In this document: positions 26,632-39,665 of the stretch, in pieces
Position numbering within the stretch: position 1 is the stretch's first letter
How the letters are laid out: each line of letters opens with the position of its first letter
Origin: an uncultured Acidobacteriota bacterium
Lineage (GTDB): Bacteria; Acidobacteriota; Vicinamibacteria; Vicinamibacterales; UBA2999
Direction: 5' to 3'
Length of the DNA stretch: 64,000 bases
Assembly: GCA_963843885.1 (NCBI GenBank)
Contig: CAWJMJ010000001.1
Span: 20,222 to 84,221, forward strand
Program-made: the position numbers and the translations under genes
The notes under the pieces: generated by a model
Seen by the model: only the letters and a program-made list of their open reading frames with translations
Databases searched by the model: none
Told to the model about the DNA's origin: nothing

Positions 26632-27621
26632 GTGACTGTCGGCCAACGCGGCGAACACGCGCTTCTCGACTGGCTCCGCCGGCAACTGCCGGGGCCGGGC
26701 ACGGGGGTGATCATCGGCATCGGCGACGACGCCGCGGTCCTGGCCCCCACCCGCGGCTCGTGGCTGGTGCAGACCACCGACGCCCTCGTCGAGGGCGTGC
26801 ACTTCGACCTGCGCTGGAGCACGCCGGAGGACATCGGGCAGCGCGCCGTCGCCGTCAATCTCAGCGACCTCGCGGCCATGGGAGCCCGGCCGTCGTGGCT
26901 GCTGCTCTCGCTGATCCTGCCGGACTCGCTGCCGGTGGCGGGGTTCGAAGCGCTGGTCGCCGCCGTCAGCACCGCCGCGCGCCTGGCCGGGGCCACGCTC
27001 GTCGGCGGCAACCTCACGCGCACCGACGGCCCGCTGGTCGTGGACGTGACCGCCACCGGCCACGTGCGGCCGCGACGCGTGCTGCGCCGCGACGCCGCCC
27101 GGGCCGGCGACCAGTTGTGGCTGACCGGCAGCATCGGCGCCTCGGCCGCCGGCCTGGCGATGCTGCGCGCGGGCGGTCCGGGCGACGCCGCCTGCATCGC
27201 GCGCTACAAGGTGCCGACGCCGCGCCTGCGCGAGGCCTGGGCCGTGGCCCGCGACCGGGCGGCCAAGGCCGCCGTGGACCTGAGCGACGGCCTGGCCGAC
27301 GCGGTTCACCAGCTGACGTCGGCGGCGGGCGTGGGGGCGCGTCTGGACGCCGCTGCCCTGCCGATCGAACCGGCGGCCCGGGCGTGGTTCGTCGCCCGCG
27401 GCGAGGATCCGGTCGTGGCCGCCATCGGCGCCAGCGACGACTACGAGCTGCTCTTTGCGGTCGCGCCGCGCGCCCAGGGCCGCCTGCGCGCGGCCCGCGC
27501 GGCCTCGGCGACTCCTTTCACCTGTATCGGCACCCTCACCAAGCAGACCGGCTGCGTGCTGACCCGCGACGGCGTCGACGTGCCGCTGCCCGCCGGATTC
27601 GAGCACTTCGCGAGCGTGTGA
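26632..27621 (+). CDS. thiL: Thiamine-monophosphate kinase
   Basis: GIGDDAA, TTDALVEGVHF, NLSDLAAMGA, DLSDGL, DDYELLF. Confidence 0.96.
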   Translation: MTVGQRGEHALLDWLRRQLPGPGTGVIIGIGDDAAVLAPTRGSWLVQTTDALVEGVHFDLRWSTPEDIGQRAVAVNLSDLAAMGARPSWLLLSLILPDSLPVAGFEALVAAVSTAARLAGATLVGGNLTRTDGPLVVDVTATGHVRPRRVLRRDAARAGDQLWLTGSIGASAAGLAMLRAGGPGDAACIARYKVPTPRLREAWAVARDRAAKAAVDLSDGLADAVHQLTSAAGVGARLDAAALPIEPAARAWFVARGEDPVVAAIGASDDYELLFAVAPRAQGRLRAARAASATPFTCIGTLTKQTGCVLTRDGVDVPLPAGFEHFASV

Positions 27622-28229
27622 TGGCGTGGCTGGGGCACGCGCGCCGGGCTCTGGCCGTCATCGTGGTGGTGGCGGCCGTGCTCTTCGTGTTCGTCACGCG
27701 CGCGCGCGATTCCACCGAAGAGGTCTTCGAGGCCACCGGCCGCCCGCGCCTCGGCTCGGCGTTGCGCTTCGAGGCCACCGCGTACTGCAAGGGCGAGACG
27801 ACCGCCGCCGGGGTGGCCGTGCGCACGGGCATGGCCGCGGCCGATCCGGCGCTGCTCCCGCTCGGCAGCGTGGTCCGGGTGAAGGCCGGCGGCGAGCGCT
27901 ACAGCGGCATCTGGACCGTGCTCGACACGGGCCCAGAGGTGAAGGGCCGCGAGCTCGACCTCTACATGTGGAGCTGCGTCGACGCGCTCGGCTTCGGCCG
28001 CCAGACGGTGGAGGTCACCATCCTGCGACTCGGCTGGGACCCGCTCAACAGCGCACCCACCGTCATCGAGCAACTGTTCCGGCGCCGCGAGCGAGCCCGG
28101 CCGGTGGAGACGCCGCCGGCGAGCCCCGACCCGGCGGCCGTGCCGCCAGACTCGCCGCCCGTCACGCCACCGGTGACGCCGCCGGTGACACCGCCGGGCT
28201 CGCCGCCGCCTGCCGCCCCTCCGGCGTGA
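27621..28229 (+). CDS. 3D (Asp-Asp-Asp) domain cell-wall protein with Pro-rich tail
   Basis: ATAYC, AADP..LPLGS, LDTG, ELDLY; VTPP x3. Confidence 0.88.
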   Translation: MAWLGHARRALAVIVVVAAVLFVFVTRARDSTEEVFEATGRPRLGSALRFEATAYCKGETTAAGVAVRTGMAAADPALLPLGSVVRVKAGGERYSGIWTVLDTGPEVKGRELDLYMWSCVDALGFGRQTVEVTILRLGWDPLNSAPTVIEQLFRRRERARPVETPPASPDPAAVPPDSPPVTPPVTPPVTPPGSPPPAAPPA

Positions 28230-28429
28230 CGCCGCGCGACGCCCGCTGACGCCCTTCGTGGCGCCGCCTCGATCCGTCCCTCGCGGCCATCACTCGCCGC
28301 CGTCGCGCGGCGCCGCCGCCAGCCGCCGCCAGCCGCCGCCGCGCCGACATGTCACGACTTGCCTCCGCGGGCGTCGGGAGGGCGAATGACAACGGATCAG
28401 GCGCGGCTTTTTGCTATCATCCCGGTCCT

Positions 28430-30267
<1,838 letters not shown>

Positions 30268-30414
30268 TCCCGACGCTCGCCGTCTCTCTGCCGTCGCGAC
30301 CCCTGTAGGCCCCTCGGCCCCAGGCCGATAGTTCACGTAGTGACGCTTGGCTGTGCCTCCCCCGCGGGCCGGGCCTTTATTTTGTCGTCGCTAGCCAGCC
30401 CAAGGGTCGGATAC

Positions 30415-31238
30415 ATGCAGAAGCTCCACTGGTCGCCATTCCTCCTCGCCTCCGCCCTCGTGTTCGGCCTGTCGGCCGGGCGAGCCGATGCTCAGTATCG
30501 GGTGCCGGGCGGCCCGGACACCGTGGGCGAGGACTATCACATCGAGCTCTCGTTCAACTTCTGGAGCCCGACCCCCACCGCCATCATCAACAGCGAGGCG
30601 ACTCGGCATCCTGGGCACCGACGTCGACCTGGTGAACGACCTCGGCGTCGAGAAGCAGCGCCTGCGCGACCTGCGCGTGGTGCTGCGGCCCGCCAAGAAG
30701 CACCGCTTCCGCATCAACTACCTGCCGATGACCTACGACGCCGAGAGCCAGGTCAAGCGCGAGTTCATCTTCAACGGGCTGCGCTACCGGGTCGGCCTGC
30801 CGGTGGCCACGACCGCGCAGTTCAAGGCCTGGCGCTTCGGCTGACGAGTACGACTTCCTCTACCGCGAGCGCGGCTTCCTGGGCGTGCTTTTCGACGTCA
30901 AATACACCGACGTCAACGTCGGGCTCAACAGCCCCATCGGCGACGAGTTCACCAAGGCCATCGCGCCGCTGCCGACGATTGGCGGCGTGGCCCGGGTCTA
31001 CGCCACCAGGAACCTGGCCTTGAACGCCGAGGCCAGCTACTTCAAGGTGCCGGACAGCGCGTCGGAGGACTACAAGGGCCGCTACGTGGACTTCGACGTC
31101 TACGCCGCCTTCAACCCGCACAAGAACGTGGGCGTGCAGGCCGGCTACCGCAGCATCGACGTCTTCTACGACGTCAAGAACGACACCGGCTCGCTGACCT
31201 TCAAGGGTCTCTACCTCGGCGGCACAGTCCGCTTCTAA
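30415..31238 (+). CDS. Putative outer-membrane beta-barrel protein (indels)
   Basis: Signal peptide, amphipathic beta pattern, C-terminal YLGGTVRF. Confidence 0.7.
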
Positions 31239-33904
31239 GGCGCGACCCGTTCGGTGCTCAGCCAGGTCACGTAGACCCCGAGCCAGCGCGCGTCGTCGTT
31301 CCCCGGCCCCTGTTCGGAGGGACGGAACCCCCGGGCGCTGGCGATCGAGAGCACGGACGGGGCTTGGGCGTCCGCCGGCAGGGGCACCTCCACGCTCTGC
31401 TCCGGGGCGAGGGTCACCGACCGCCGGAATCCCCCCGCCGACAGCGTCACGACGTTCTTCACCGGCCCGGCGTGGAGCCGCACCACCGGCGTCACGCCCG
31501 GGTCGGCCTGCACCACCAGCGCCGCCGTGGCCTCCCCCCTCACCCACTGCGCCCCCGGCTCGATATAGCTCTGGTCGTCGAGCGCAAACACCACCACCTG
31601 GCCATAGCGGACGGCAGACGAGGCGGTGGGCCGCTGGCCCCGGGGCGCCAGCCTGTGCGGCCGCAGCCACAAACGTCGGATGGAAGCGCGCGCCCTGCCG
31701 TCGCCGGTGATGGAGATCGAATGGGCATCGGCCGGCAGGCGCAGCACCAGCCCGGGTAGCGCCGCCCGCCGGCCGTCCAGGTTCCAGGTCTCCATCGGCA
31801 GGTCCTGCCGCCCCAGCCGCACGACCAGCGTGCCCGACAGCTCCGCGGGGCCCTCGATGAAGGCGTCATAGTCACCGGCCGGCAGTGACGGGATGTAGAG
31901 CAGCGGCGCGTCGGCCGCCCGGGCCGGACCGCGGACGCTGGTGCCGATCTTCAAGCGGCGCGGCACCTCACCGGGGGTGAGCGCGCGCGCCGGGTTCAAC
32001 TGCAGCGCCACGGGTGCCCGGTTCGGAAACCAGCGATCGAGGAACCACATCTGCGAAGTGGACGCCGTCAGCGCGCGCCGGTCGCGCGCCGCCCACGTCG
32101 TCGTCGTCGCCAGCATCACGGCCGCCGGCACCGCCAGCCATGCGGCCGTCCGGCTCACCGACCGGCGGGTCAGCCGTGACACCAGCGTGGCCACGGCCGC
32201 CGCGAGCACTCCGGCCAGCGCCCACACGGCCAGGTCCGCGGCCGCGGCGAGGGCGCCGTCGCGGTGCACGCTCGGCAACGCCAACGTCACATCGACGGTG
32301 CGCGACAGCCACTCGAGGAGCAGCGACGAGCCGCTGCGATCGTTGTGGATGAAGGCGCCGTGATCGACGGCCACCAGCGCCCCCGTCCACACCGCTGAGA
32401 TCGCCAGCAGCACGCCGAGCACGGCGCGCCCCGCCGTCGGCGCCGCACTCCACGTCGCGGCCAGCGGCACGGCCAGCAGCGGCAGGACCGCCACGGCAAA
32501 GCGCGCTGGCGCGCTGCTGCCGCCCCACCACATCGGATAGGTCGCGACGCTGACCAGATAGGGCCCGACGATCAGCGACAGCTCCGCCGCCAGCCGCGCC
32601 CGCCGGCGCGCCAGGGGGACCAGCGACGCCAGCGCCAGCAGCAACACCGGCGCATTCACGGCCAGGCCGAACTGCTGGTCGGCGAGCAGGCCGGCGAGCC
32701 CGCGCGGGATGAGGGCCATCGCTCGCTTCCGGGCCGGCGGCCGTACGGCGCGGCCGGGTTCGGCGAGCCGTAGATGAGCCAGAAGTAGCTGAACCACCCC
32801 ACCGCGGCGATGGTCGGCACGAGCAGCATCGAGGCTAGCGCGCGTCCGCCGCCAGGACGTCGTATCAGGCGCAGGGCCAGCACCGCACCCAGGACCCCGG
32901 CGAGCAGCGCGAAGCGCGTGTGGAGCCACGGCAGCAGGGCCAGCGCCGCCCCCACCGACAGCCACCGCCCCGGCCCGAGCGCCGCCCTCGGCGACAGATC
33001 CAGCCACACCAGTGCCAGCACCCCCGCCATCACCGCCGCCGCGCCCACCGGGTCCGGATAGATGGTGAAGCCGTGCAGCACGATCGGCGCCGCCGTCGTG
33101 ACGGCCAGCCACGCAAACCATGCGGCGGCGCCGAGCCCGACACCAGGAACGCCGCCTGCCAGACCAGGGCCATCCCGGCCGCCGTGAGGAGCACCACGGT
33201 CATCACGGCCGCCGGGGTAGCCGGCCAGCGCGAACGCCGGCGCTACGAGCGCGGACAGGCCGGGCGCGTGGATCGAGTAGATCTGGCCGTCGCTGCCCCG
33301 CTGCATGAAGTCGGGCTTGAGCACGCCCTCGAAGTAGGCGAGGTAGTCGTCGCTGCCGATGGTTGTTCTCGATGCGCACGTCGCCGTCCTGAAGCAGGCT
33401 CTGCGTGATGACCAGGTAGTGCGGTTCGTCGCCGGTCGGCACGCGCTCGCGCACCGTCGCCCAGGACGCGAGAGACACGGTGGCCGACAGCAAGCCGGCC
33501 ACGAGGGCGCGCTCGGCGATGGCGTCACCGCCGGCCACGCCGGCCACCGCAGGCGGTCGCGTGGCTCAGCCAGGCCACGCCGCCGAGCGCGGCGGCCCAC
33601 ACGAGCGCTTCGAGGGGCCCGTCCCACAGCAGGAACGCCGCCGGCACGGTCCTGGCAGCCACGGCAGCCACACCAGCGAGAGCACGACCAGCGGGCGGCG
33701 GCAGCGGCCGGGGCACGCAGGGCCACCAGGGCCAGGGCTCCGGCTGCGGCGCTGGCCACCAGCCACGGCCAGTCCGGTGACGCGCCCACGCGCGTGCCCT
33801 GCGCGGCGTCGACCAACGCGATGACCCCGTAGCCGACAGCCACGGCGTAGCGCCCACGAACAGGCCCGCCACAGCTCGCGCAATCAGCGCTCGCGTAGGG
33901 TCAC
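31235..33904 (-). CDS. Large polytopic GT-C-like (PMT-type) membrane protein with C-terminal soluble domain (indels; start approximate)
   Basis: PTGDEPHYL loop motif, many TM segments, LPWLHTRF, WWGG..PARF. Confidence 0.7.
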
Positions 33905-33914
33905 CTGGGCGCGG

Positions 33915-34661
33915 TCACTGCGGCTTCCGGGCCAGGCAGATGACGGAGCTGCCGATCGGCAGGTTGACGACGCGCAACAGCCACGACTCGGCGGCGAGCA
34001 GCGCCGAGAGCGCGGCGTTGACCGGCGCCGACGGCATGCTGATGTCGCCTTCGCTGACCGCCGCCTGGCCGCCTTCCCGCCAGCGCTGCCAGCTACGCAC
34101 CGCGAACAGAATCGGGAACAAGGTGGCGTGGGTGTAGGAGGCGCGCTCCACGACGAAACCGGCGCCCTGCAGCAGCGTGGTCAGGCTGGCCACGGTGTAG
34201 CGGCGCACTTCCTGGCTGAGTGAGCCGTGACCGCCGCGCAACGACTCGAGCGCCGCCACCGTGATGAGCACGGCACCGCCCGGCTTGACGACCCGCGCCA
34301 GCTCGCGGGCGGCGGCGGCTTCGACGTCGTCGGACAGGGAGTAGAGCACGTCGAACGAAGTGACGACGTCGAAGGTGGCGTCGGCAAACGGGATGGCGCC
34401 GATGCTGGCGCGCGCCACGCGCGTGGCCCCCTGCGCGCGGGCAAAGTCCAGCCCGCGTGACGAGAAGTCGAAGCCGAAGGCCTGGCCGTGACGCGACAGC
34501 AGGGCGAGGTTCGCGCCGGTGCCGCAGCCGCAGTCGAGCAGGCGAAGACCGGTTTGTTGGCGCGACGCGGCGGCCAACCAGGGCGTGACGAAACGGCGGA
34601 AGCCCCGGAACCAGAAATGGGAGCGTTCGGCGACGTAGGTGAGCTCGAGCAGGCGATCCAT
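33915..34661 (-). CDS. Class I SAM-dependent methyltransferase
   Basis: HFWFRG, LDCGCGTG, PFADATFDVVTSFDVL, RRYT. Confidence 0.9.
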   Translation of the reverse strand: MDRLLELTYVAERSHFWFRGFRRFVTPWLAAASRQQTGLRLLDCGCGTGANLALLSRHGQAFGFDFSSRGLDFARAQGATRVARASIGAIPFADATFDVVTSFDVLYSLSDDVEAAAARELARVVKPGGAVLITVAALESLRGGHGSLSQEVRRYTVASLTTLLQGAGFVVERASYTHATLFPILFAVRSWQRWREGGQAAVSEGDISMPSAPVNAALSALLAAESWLLRVVNLPIGSSVICLARKPQ

Positions 34662-34716
34662 GCGGACGAGGTCGGCCAACCCGTTGGCAGCGGCGCCATG
34701 GTACCATACCGCTCGC

Positions 34717-36441
34717 ATGCGCAATCGCGCGCTTGCCGAAGGCGGCGGCCGTCCTCGCTCGGGCGCTTCTCCTGACGGCGGCGCTCACCTACCCGCTCAT
34801 CCCGCAGATCGATCGCATCGGACGAGTGAACACCGACGACGGACGCTTCAGCATCTGGAATGTCGCGTGGGTCGCCGATGCGCTCATCGTCCACCCGCGA
34901 GCCCTCTTCGACGCCAACATCTTCTACCCGTTCAAGCGCGCGCCTGGCCTTCTCGGAAGCCAACATCGGCGCTGGTGTCGTCGCCCTGCCCGCCTGGGGC
35001 CTGAGCGGCAACCCCTATCTGGCCCACAACTCGGTGGTGGTGTTCGCGTTCGTGATGGGGTGCGCCGGCGCCTACTACCTGGTGCGCTACCTGTCGGCCA
35101 GCCGCGGCGCGGCGGCGGTGGCGGCGGTGCTCTTCGCCTTCTGCCCTTACGTCTTCGCGCGCACCGCCCACATCCAGTTGCTCATGACGTTCGGCCTGCC
35201 CTTCTCGATGCTGGCGTTCCACCGTCTCGTCGATCGACCGGGCACAGTGCGCGCCGTCGTGCTCGGCCTGGTGCTATGGGCGCAGGCGCTGTCGTGCGCC
35301 TATTACGGCATCTTCGCCGGGCTGATGGTGGGCCTGGGCACCGTGTTCTTCGCCGTGACACGTGGCCTGTGGCGCTCGCCCGGCTACTGGGCGCGCATCG
35401 CCGTCGCCGCCGCCGTGGCCATCGCCCTGACCGCGCCCTTCTTCGCGCCCTACCTGGCCGTGCAGCAAGACGGGTTCTCGCGCACCCTCGACGACGCGCG
35501 TGCCTACAGCGCCAATGCGCGGCGCCTGGCTGGCGTCGTCTGCCTGGGCCCACCGGTGGTGGCTCTCGGCCATTGAAGGCTTCTCCGAGGTGCTCTTCCC
35601 CGGCGTCATCCTGACCAGCCTGGGTCTGGCCGGCGCCTGGCGCGCCCTGACACGCACCCCTGACCCCGTGCCGGCGGCGCTACCGGCTCCAGGCCGGCTC
35701 GACGACCCGGCTGGTGCCAGGCTTGGCGCGGCAGTGCGCGCGCCAGGACTGCCGCGCGACGTGGCGGGATTCTACCTGCTCATCGCCGTGCTGGCCTTCT
35801 GGTTGTCGTTCGGTCCCGACGCCGGCCTCTACACGCTCTTCTTCGAGACCCTGCCGGTGTTCGCCTTCCTGCGCGCGCCGGCGCGCATGGGGCTGATGGT
35901 GGCGCTGGCGTTCACGGTGCTGTCCAGCGTCGTGCTCGGACCGTGGCTGGCGGCGCGGCGGCGCCCTGTGGCCTGGACCACGGCGCTCGTGCTGCTGGCG
36001 GCGCTCGAGCTGAACGGCGCGCCGCTGCGGGCGCTGCGCGCAGCGCCGCCGGTGCCCGAGGCCTACCACGCGCTGGCCCGGCTGCCCCGCGGACCGGTCG
36101 TCGAGTTTCCGTATTTCTACCGGCGCTCGGACTTCCCCCGGCATGCCGAGTACATGCTCGGCTCCACCGTGCACTTCCAGCCGCTCATCAACGGCTACAG
36201 CGACCACATCCCCGCCGAGTGGCGCGCCACGGTGGTGCCAATCAGTTCGTTTCCCACCCGGGAGTCGTTCGGCATCCTCGGGAAGATCGGCGCGCGCTAT
36301 GCGGTGTTCCACTTGAACGGCTACGACCGCCGCAGCCGCGAGCGGCTGCTCGAGCGGCTGCAAGAGTATCAGCGCTACCTCCGGCCGATCGTGCAGCAGG
36401 ACGACGTGTGGCTCTTCGAAATCGTCGACTGGCCCAACTAG
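34717..36441 (+). CDS. YfhO/GT-C-like membrane protein, paralog 1 (indels)
   Basis: DDG..SIWNVAW, FDANIFYP, LAFSE, LFPG, LRAPAR, PLINGYS. Confidence 0.72.
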
Positions 36442-38015
36442 CGCTGTTTGCGGCCATGGCCGTCGCGCACACCTGGCCTCTGGCCAGCGGCCTGGCCACG
36501 TGGTCGCGCATGGACAACGCCGACACGGCCTTGAATGCCTGGATCCTGTCGTGGGTCGCGCACCAGGTGTCGTGGGCCCCGCTGCACCTCTTCGACGCCA
36601 ACATCTTCTATCCCGAGCCGCGCACCCTGGCCTTCTCGGAACACATGGTCGTGCAGGGCGTGATGGGCGTGCCGCTCTTCGCGCTCGGGCTGTCGGCAGT
36701 CACCGTCTACAACCTGCTGCTGCTGGCCGGCTTCACGTTGAGCGGCTTCGTCATGGCCGTGGTCGTCGAGGGGTGGACCGGCAGCGTCGGCGCTGGTCTG
36801 GTCGCCGGCCTTGCCTACGCCTTCAACGCTCACGTCTTCGTGCGCTTCGGCCACATGCAGGCGCTGCACGTGGAGTTCCTGCCGATCGCCTTGGCGGCGC
36901 TCTTTGCGCTCATGGCGCGGCCGGCGTGGCCGACGGCGGCCGTGCTGGCAGCGGCCTGTGCACTGCAGGCGCTCACCTCCAACTACCTGCTCGTGATGAC
37001 CGCCGTCGCGCTGGCGGCGGCCGCCGCCGCCACCCCGTCGGCGTGGTTCCGCGCCGGCGCGGCGCGGCGCTGGGCGCTGGCCGGCGCGGCCGCGGCGGCC
37101 TGTGCCCTGGTCCTGCTGCCCTTCCTGCTGCCCTACTACTACGCCAAGACCACGCAGGGACTGGTGCGGCCTTTCGACGAAGTGGCGATGTACTCCGGGC
37201 AGTGGCGCGACTACCTGGCCACCGGCGGGCGTCTGCACTACCAGTTGTGGAGCCACAACTTCTTCCAGGACGCCACGCCGCTCTTTCCCGGTGTCACCGT
37301 CCTGGGCCTGGCGCTCTACGCCATGGCCGCCCGCGAGACATGGCGCGATCCGCGGTGGCGCGGCATGATGGCCATCGCCGTCGTCGGCGTGGCCTTGTCC
37401 TTCGGCGCGTCGCTGCCCGGCTACCGCTGGCTCTACGATCACCTGTCGATCCTGCAAGGCATCCGCGCCGCGGTACGTTTCGGGTGGCTGTGGCTGGCGG
37501 CCGTGGCGGTACTGGCCGGCGTGGGCGTGCGGCGTCTCGAGCGGCGCTGGCCGGCCTACGCCACCGCCATCGCGATTGCGGCGGCCGTGCTCGTGTCGGT
37601 TGAAGTGACTCGCGCGCCCATGAGCTACACCCGCTTTGCCGGCATCCCGCCGATCTACGCGCACGTCGCGGCGCTGGTCGATCCCGTCCTCGTCGAGCTG
37701 CCGTTCCCCGAGCCCGGCGCCATCCAGGACAACGGTCCCTACGTGCTGGCCTCGACCACGCACTTCCACGCCCTGCTCAACGGCTACTCCGGTTTCACGC
37801 CGGCCAGCTATCACCTGCACGCGGCCGTGGCCCGGCGCCTGCCGTCGGCTGCCGCCGTCCATGAGCTCGGCTATCTTGGCGCCACCCACCTCATCGCGCA
37901 CGGCGCCAAGCTCGGGGCCGAGGCCATCGATCAGCTCGAGGCCTCCGGAGCGGTACGGCTGCTGGCCCGCGAAGGCCCGGACCGGCTCTACGCCATCGTG
38001 CCGGACGTCCGGTGA
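36408..38015 (+). CDS. YfhO/GT-C-like membrane protein, paralog 2
   Basis: DNAD..LNAWILSW, FDANIFYP, LAFSE, LFPG, IRAAVR, LLNGYSG. Confidence 0.75.
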   Translation: MALRNRRLAQLALFAAMAVAHTWPLASGLATWSRMDNADTALNAWILSWVAHQVSWAPLHLFDANIFYPEPRTLAFSEHMVVQGVMGVPLFALGLSAVTVYNLLLLAGFTLSGFVMAVVVEGWTGSVGAGLVAGLAYAFNAHVFVRFGHMQALHVEFLPIALAALFALMARPAWPTAAVLAAACALQALTSNYLLVMTAVALAAAAAATPSAWFRAGAARRWALAGAAAAACALVLLPFLLPYYYAKTTQGLVRPFDEVAMYSGQWRDYLATGGRLHYQLWSHNFFQDATPLFPGVTVLGLALYAMAARETWRDPRWRGMMAIAVVGVALSFGASLPGYRWLYDHLSILQGIRAAVRFGWLWLAAVAVLAGVGVRRLERRWPAYATAIAIAAAVLVSVEVTRAPMSYTRFAGIPPIYAHVAALVDPVLVELPFPEPGAIQDNGPYVLASTTHFHALLNGYSGFTPASYHLHAAVARRLPSAAAVHELGYLGATHLIAHGAKLGAEAIDQLEASGAVRLLAREGPDRLYAIVPDVR

Positions 38016-39641
38016 TGCGGCGCGACCTGGTGGCGCTGGCCGGCGCGGTCCTGCTCACGGTGCTGCACACCTGGCCGCTGGCCTCGAACCCGGGCGGGTT
38101 GTCGCGCCTCGACAACGCCGACACCGTGCTGAACACCTGGGCCGTGGCCTGGGTAGCGCATGCCCTGCCGCGCACGCCGCTGCAGGTCTTCGACGCTCCC
38201 ATGTTCCATCCGGAGCGCCGCACGCTGGCCTACTCCGAGCCGTTGCTCGTGCCCGGCCTCATGGCCATACCGCTACGCGCCACCGGGCTCTCGGCCGCCG
38301 CCACCTACAACCTGCTGGCCATGACCGGCTTCGCGTTGAGCGCCTGGGCCATGTGGCGGGTGGTCACGAACTGGACCGGGGATCCGGCTGCGGGGGCCGT
38401 GGCCGGCATGGCCTTCGCCTTCAACGCGCACCTGCTCACGCGCTTCGGCCACCTGCAGGCGCTGCACGCCGAGTTCGTCCCGCTGGTGCTGCTGGCCGTC
38501 GACCGCGTGGCGCGGCGGGCGCCGTTATCGCGACGGCCTGCTGCTCGGCGTCGCCATCGCGCTCGTGGGACTGATCTCGATCTACCAGCTGGCGTTCGTG
38601 GCCGGCGCCACCGTGGTGGGACTGCTGGCCCGGCGCGCCGATTGGCGCGACGCGCCCGGGCGGACGATCACTGCCGCGCTGCTCGGGATCGGCGTGAGCG
38701 TCGTGCTGCTGGCGCCGGTGCTATGGCAGTACCTGGCGGTCAGCCGCGACACGGGCGTCGTGCGCACCATCGAAGAGACCTCGCGCTACGGCGCGAGCTG
38801 GCGCGACTACCTCGCCACCGGCGGACGGCTGCATTACGCGCTGTGGAGCGAGCGCTTCTTCCCGCTCACGGCGGTGCTGTTCCCGGGCGTCGTGGTGACG
38901 GTGCTGGCCCTGATCGGTCTGTGCGACCGCCACGCCGACCGCGGCCGCGTGCGGATGTGCGTGGCCATCGGCGTGCTCGGCGTGGTCATGTCGCTGGGCA
39001 CGGCCCTGCCCTTCTACGAAGCGCTCTACCGCTTCGTGCCGCTCCTGCAGGCGACGCGCGTGGCGGGACGCTGGGGCATGCTGTTGCTGACGGCGCTGGC
39101 CATGCTGGCCGGCTTCGGCGTGGCCGCCTTGCGCCGCGCGACCTCGACCCGACAGCGGCTGGCCGTAGCCCTGGTGGCGCCGTGTCTCGTGACCATCGAG
39201 GCACTGCGGGCGCCGATGGCGTTCACGCCGACTCCGGAAGTAGCGGCCATCTATCGCCAGATCGCCGCGCTGCCCGCGGTCGTCCTGCTCGAGATTCCGC
39301 TCTACCCCGGTCGCGAGTTCAACCTGAATGCGCCCTATCTGCTGGGGCAGACCGCGCACTTCCATCCGATGATTGCCGGTTACAGCGGCCTCTACACCGG
39401 CGGCTACGCGCGCCGCATCGCCGAGCTCGCCACCTTCCCGGCGCCGGCGGCCCAGGCCACGCTGCGCCGGCTGGGCGTGACGCACATCGTCTTCCACCTG
39501 GCGCCGCTGCGGGAGTCGTACCACGAGGCAGACATCGACGCTCTCGACCGGCTGCCCTGGCTCGAGCGGGTGCTGGCCGACGACGGCGCGCGCGTGTTCC
39601 GGGTAAGGCGTGAGCTGCTGGCTGGCGCCGACGCGCCCTGA
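38012..39641 (+). CDS. YfhO/GT-C-like membrane protein, paralog 3 (one indel)
   Basis: DNAD..LNTWAVAW, FDAPMFHP, LAYSE, LFPG, PMIAGYSG. Confidence 0.75.
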
Positions 39642-39665
39642 TGCGCGCGGCCGGCGCCGCGATCC

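Noticed and set aside
28161-28196. 12-bp tandem repeat
   Set aside because: It encodes a VTPP low-complexity linker within the 3D-domain gene.
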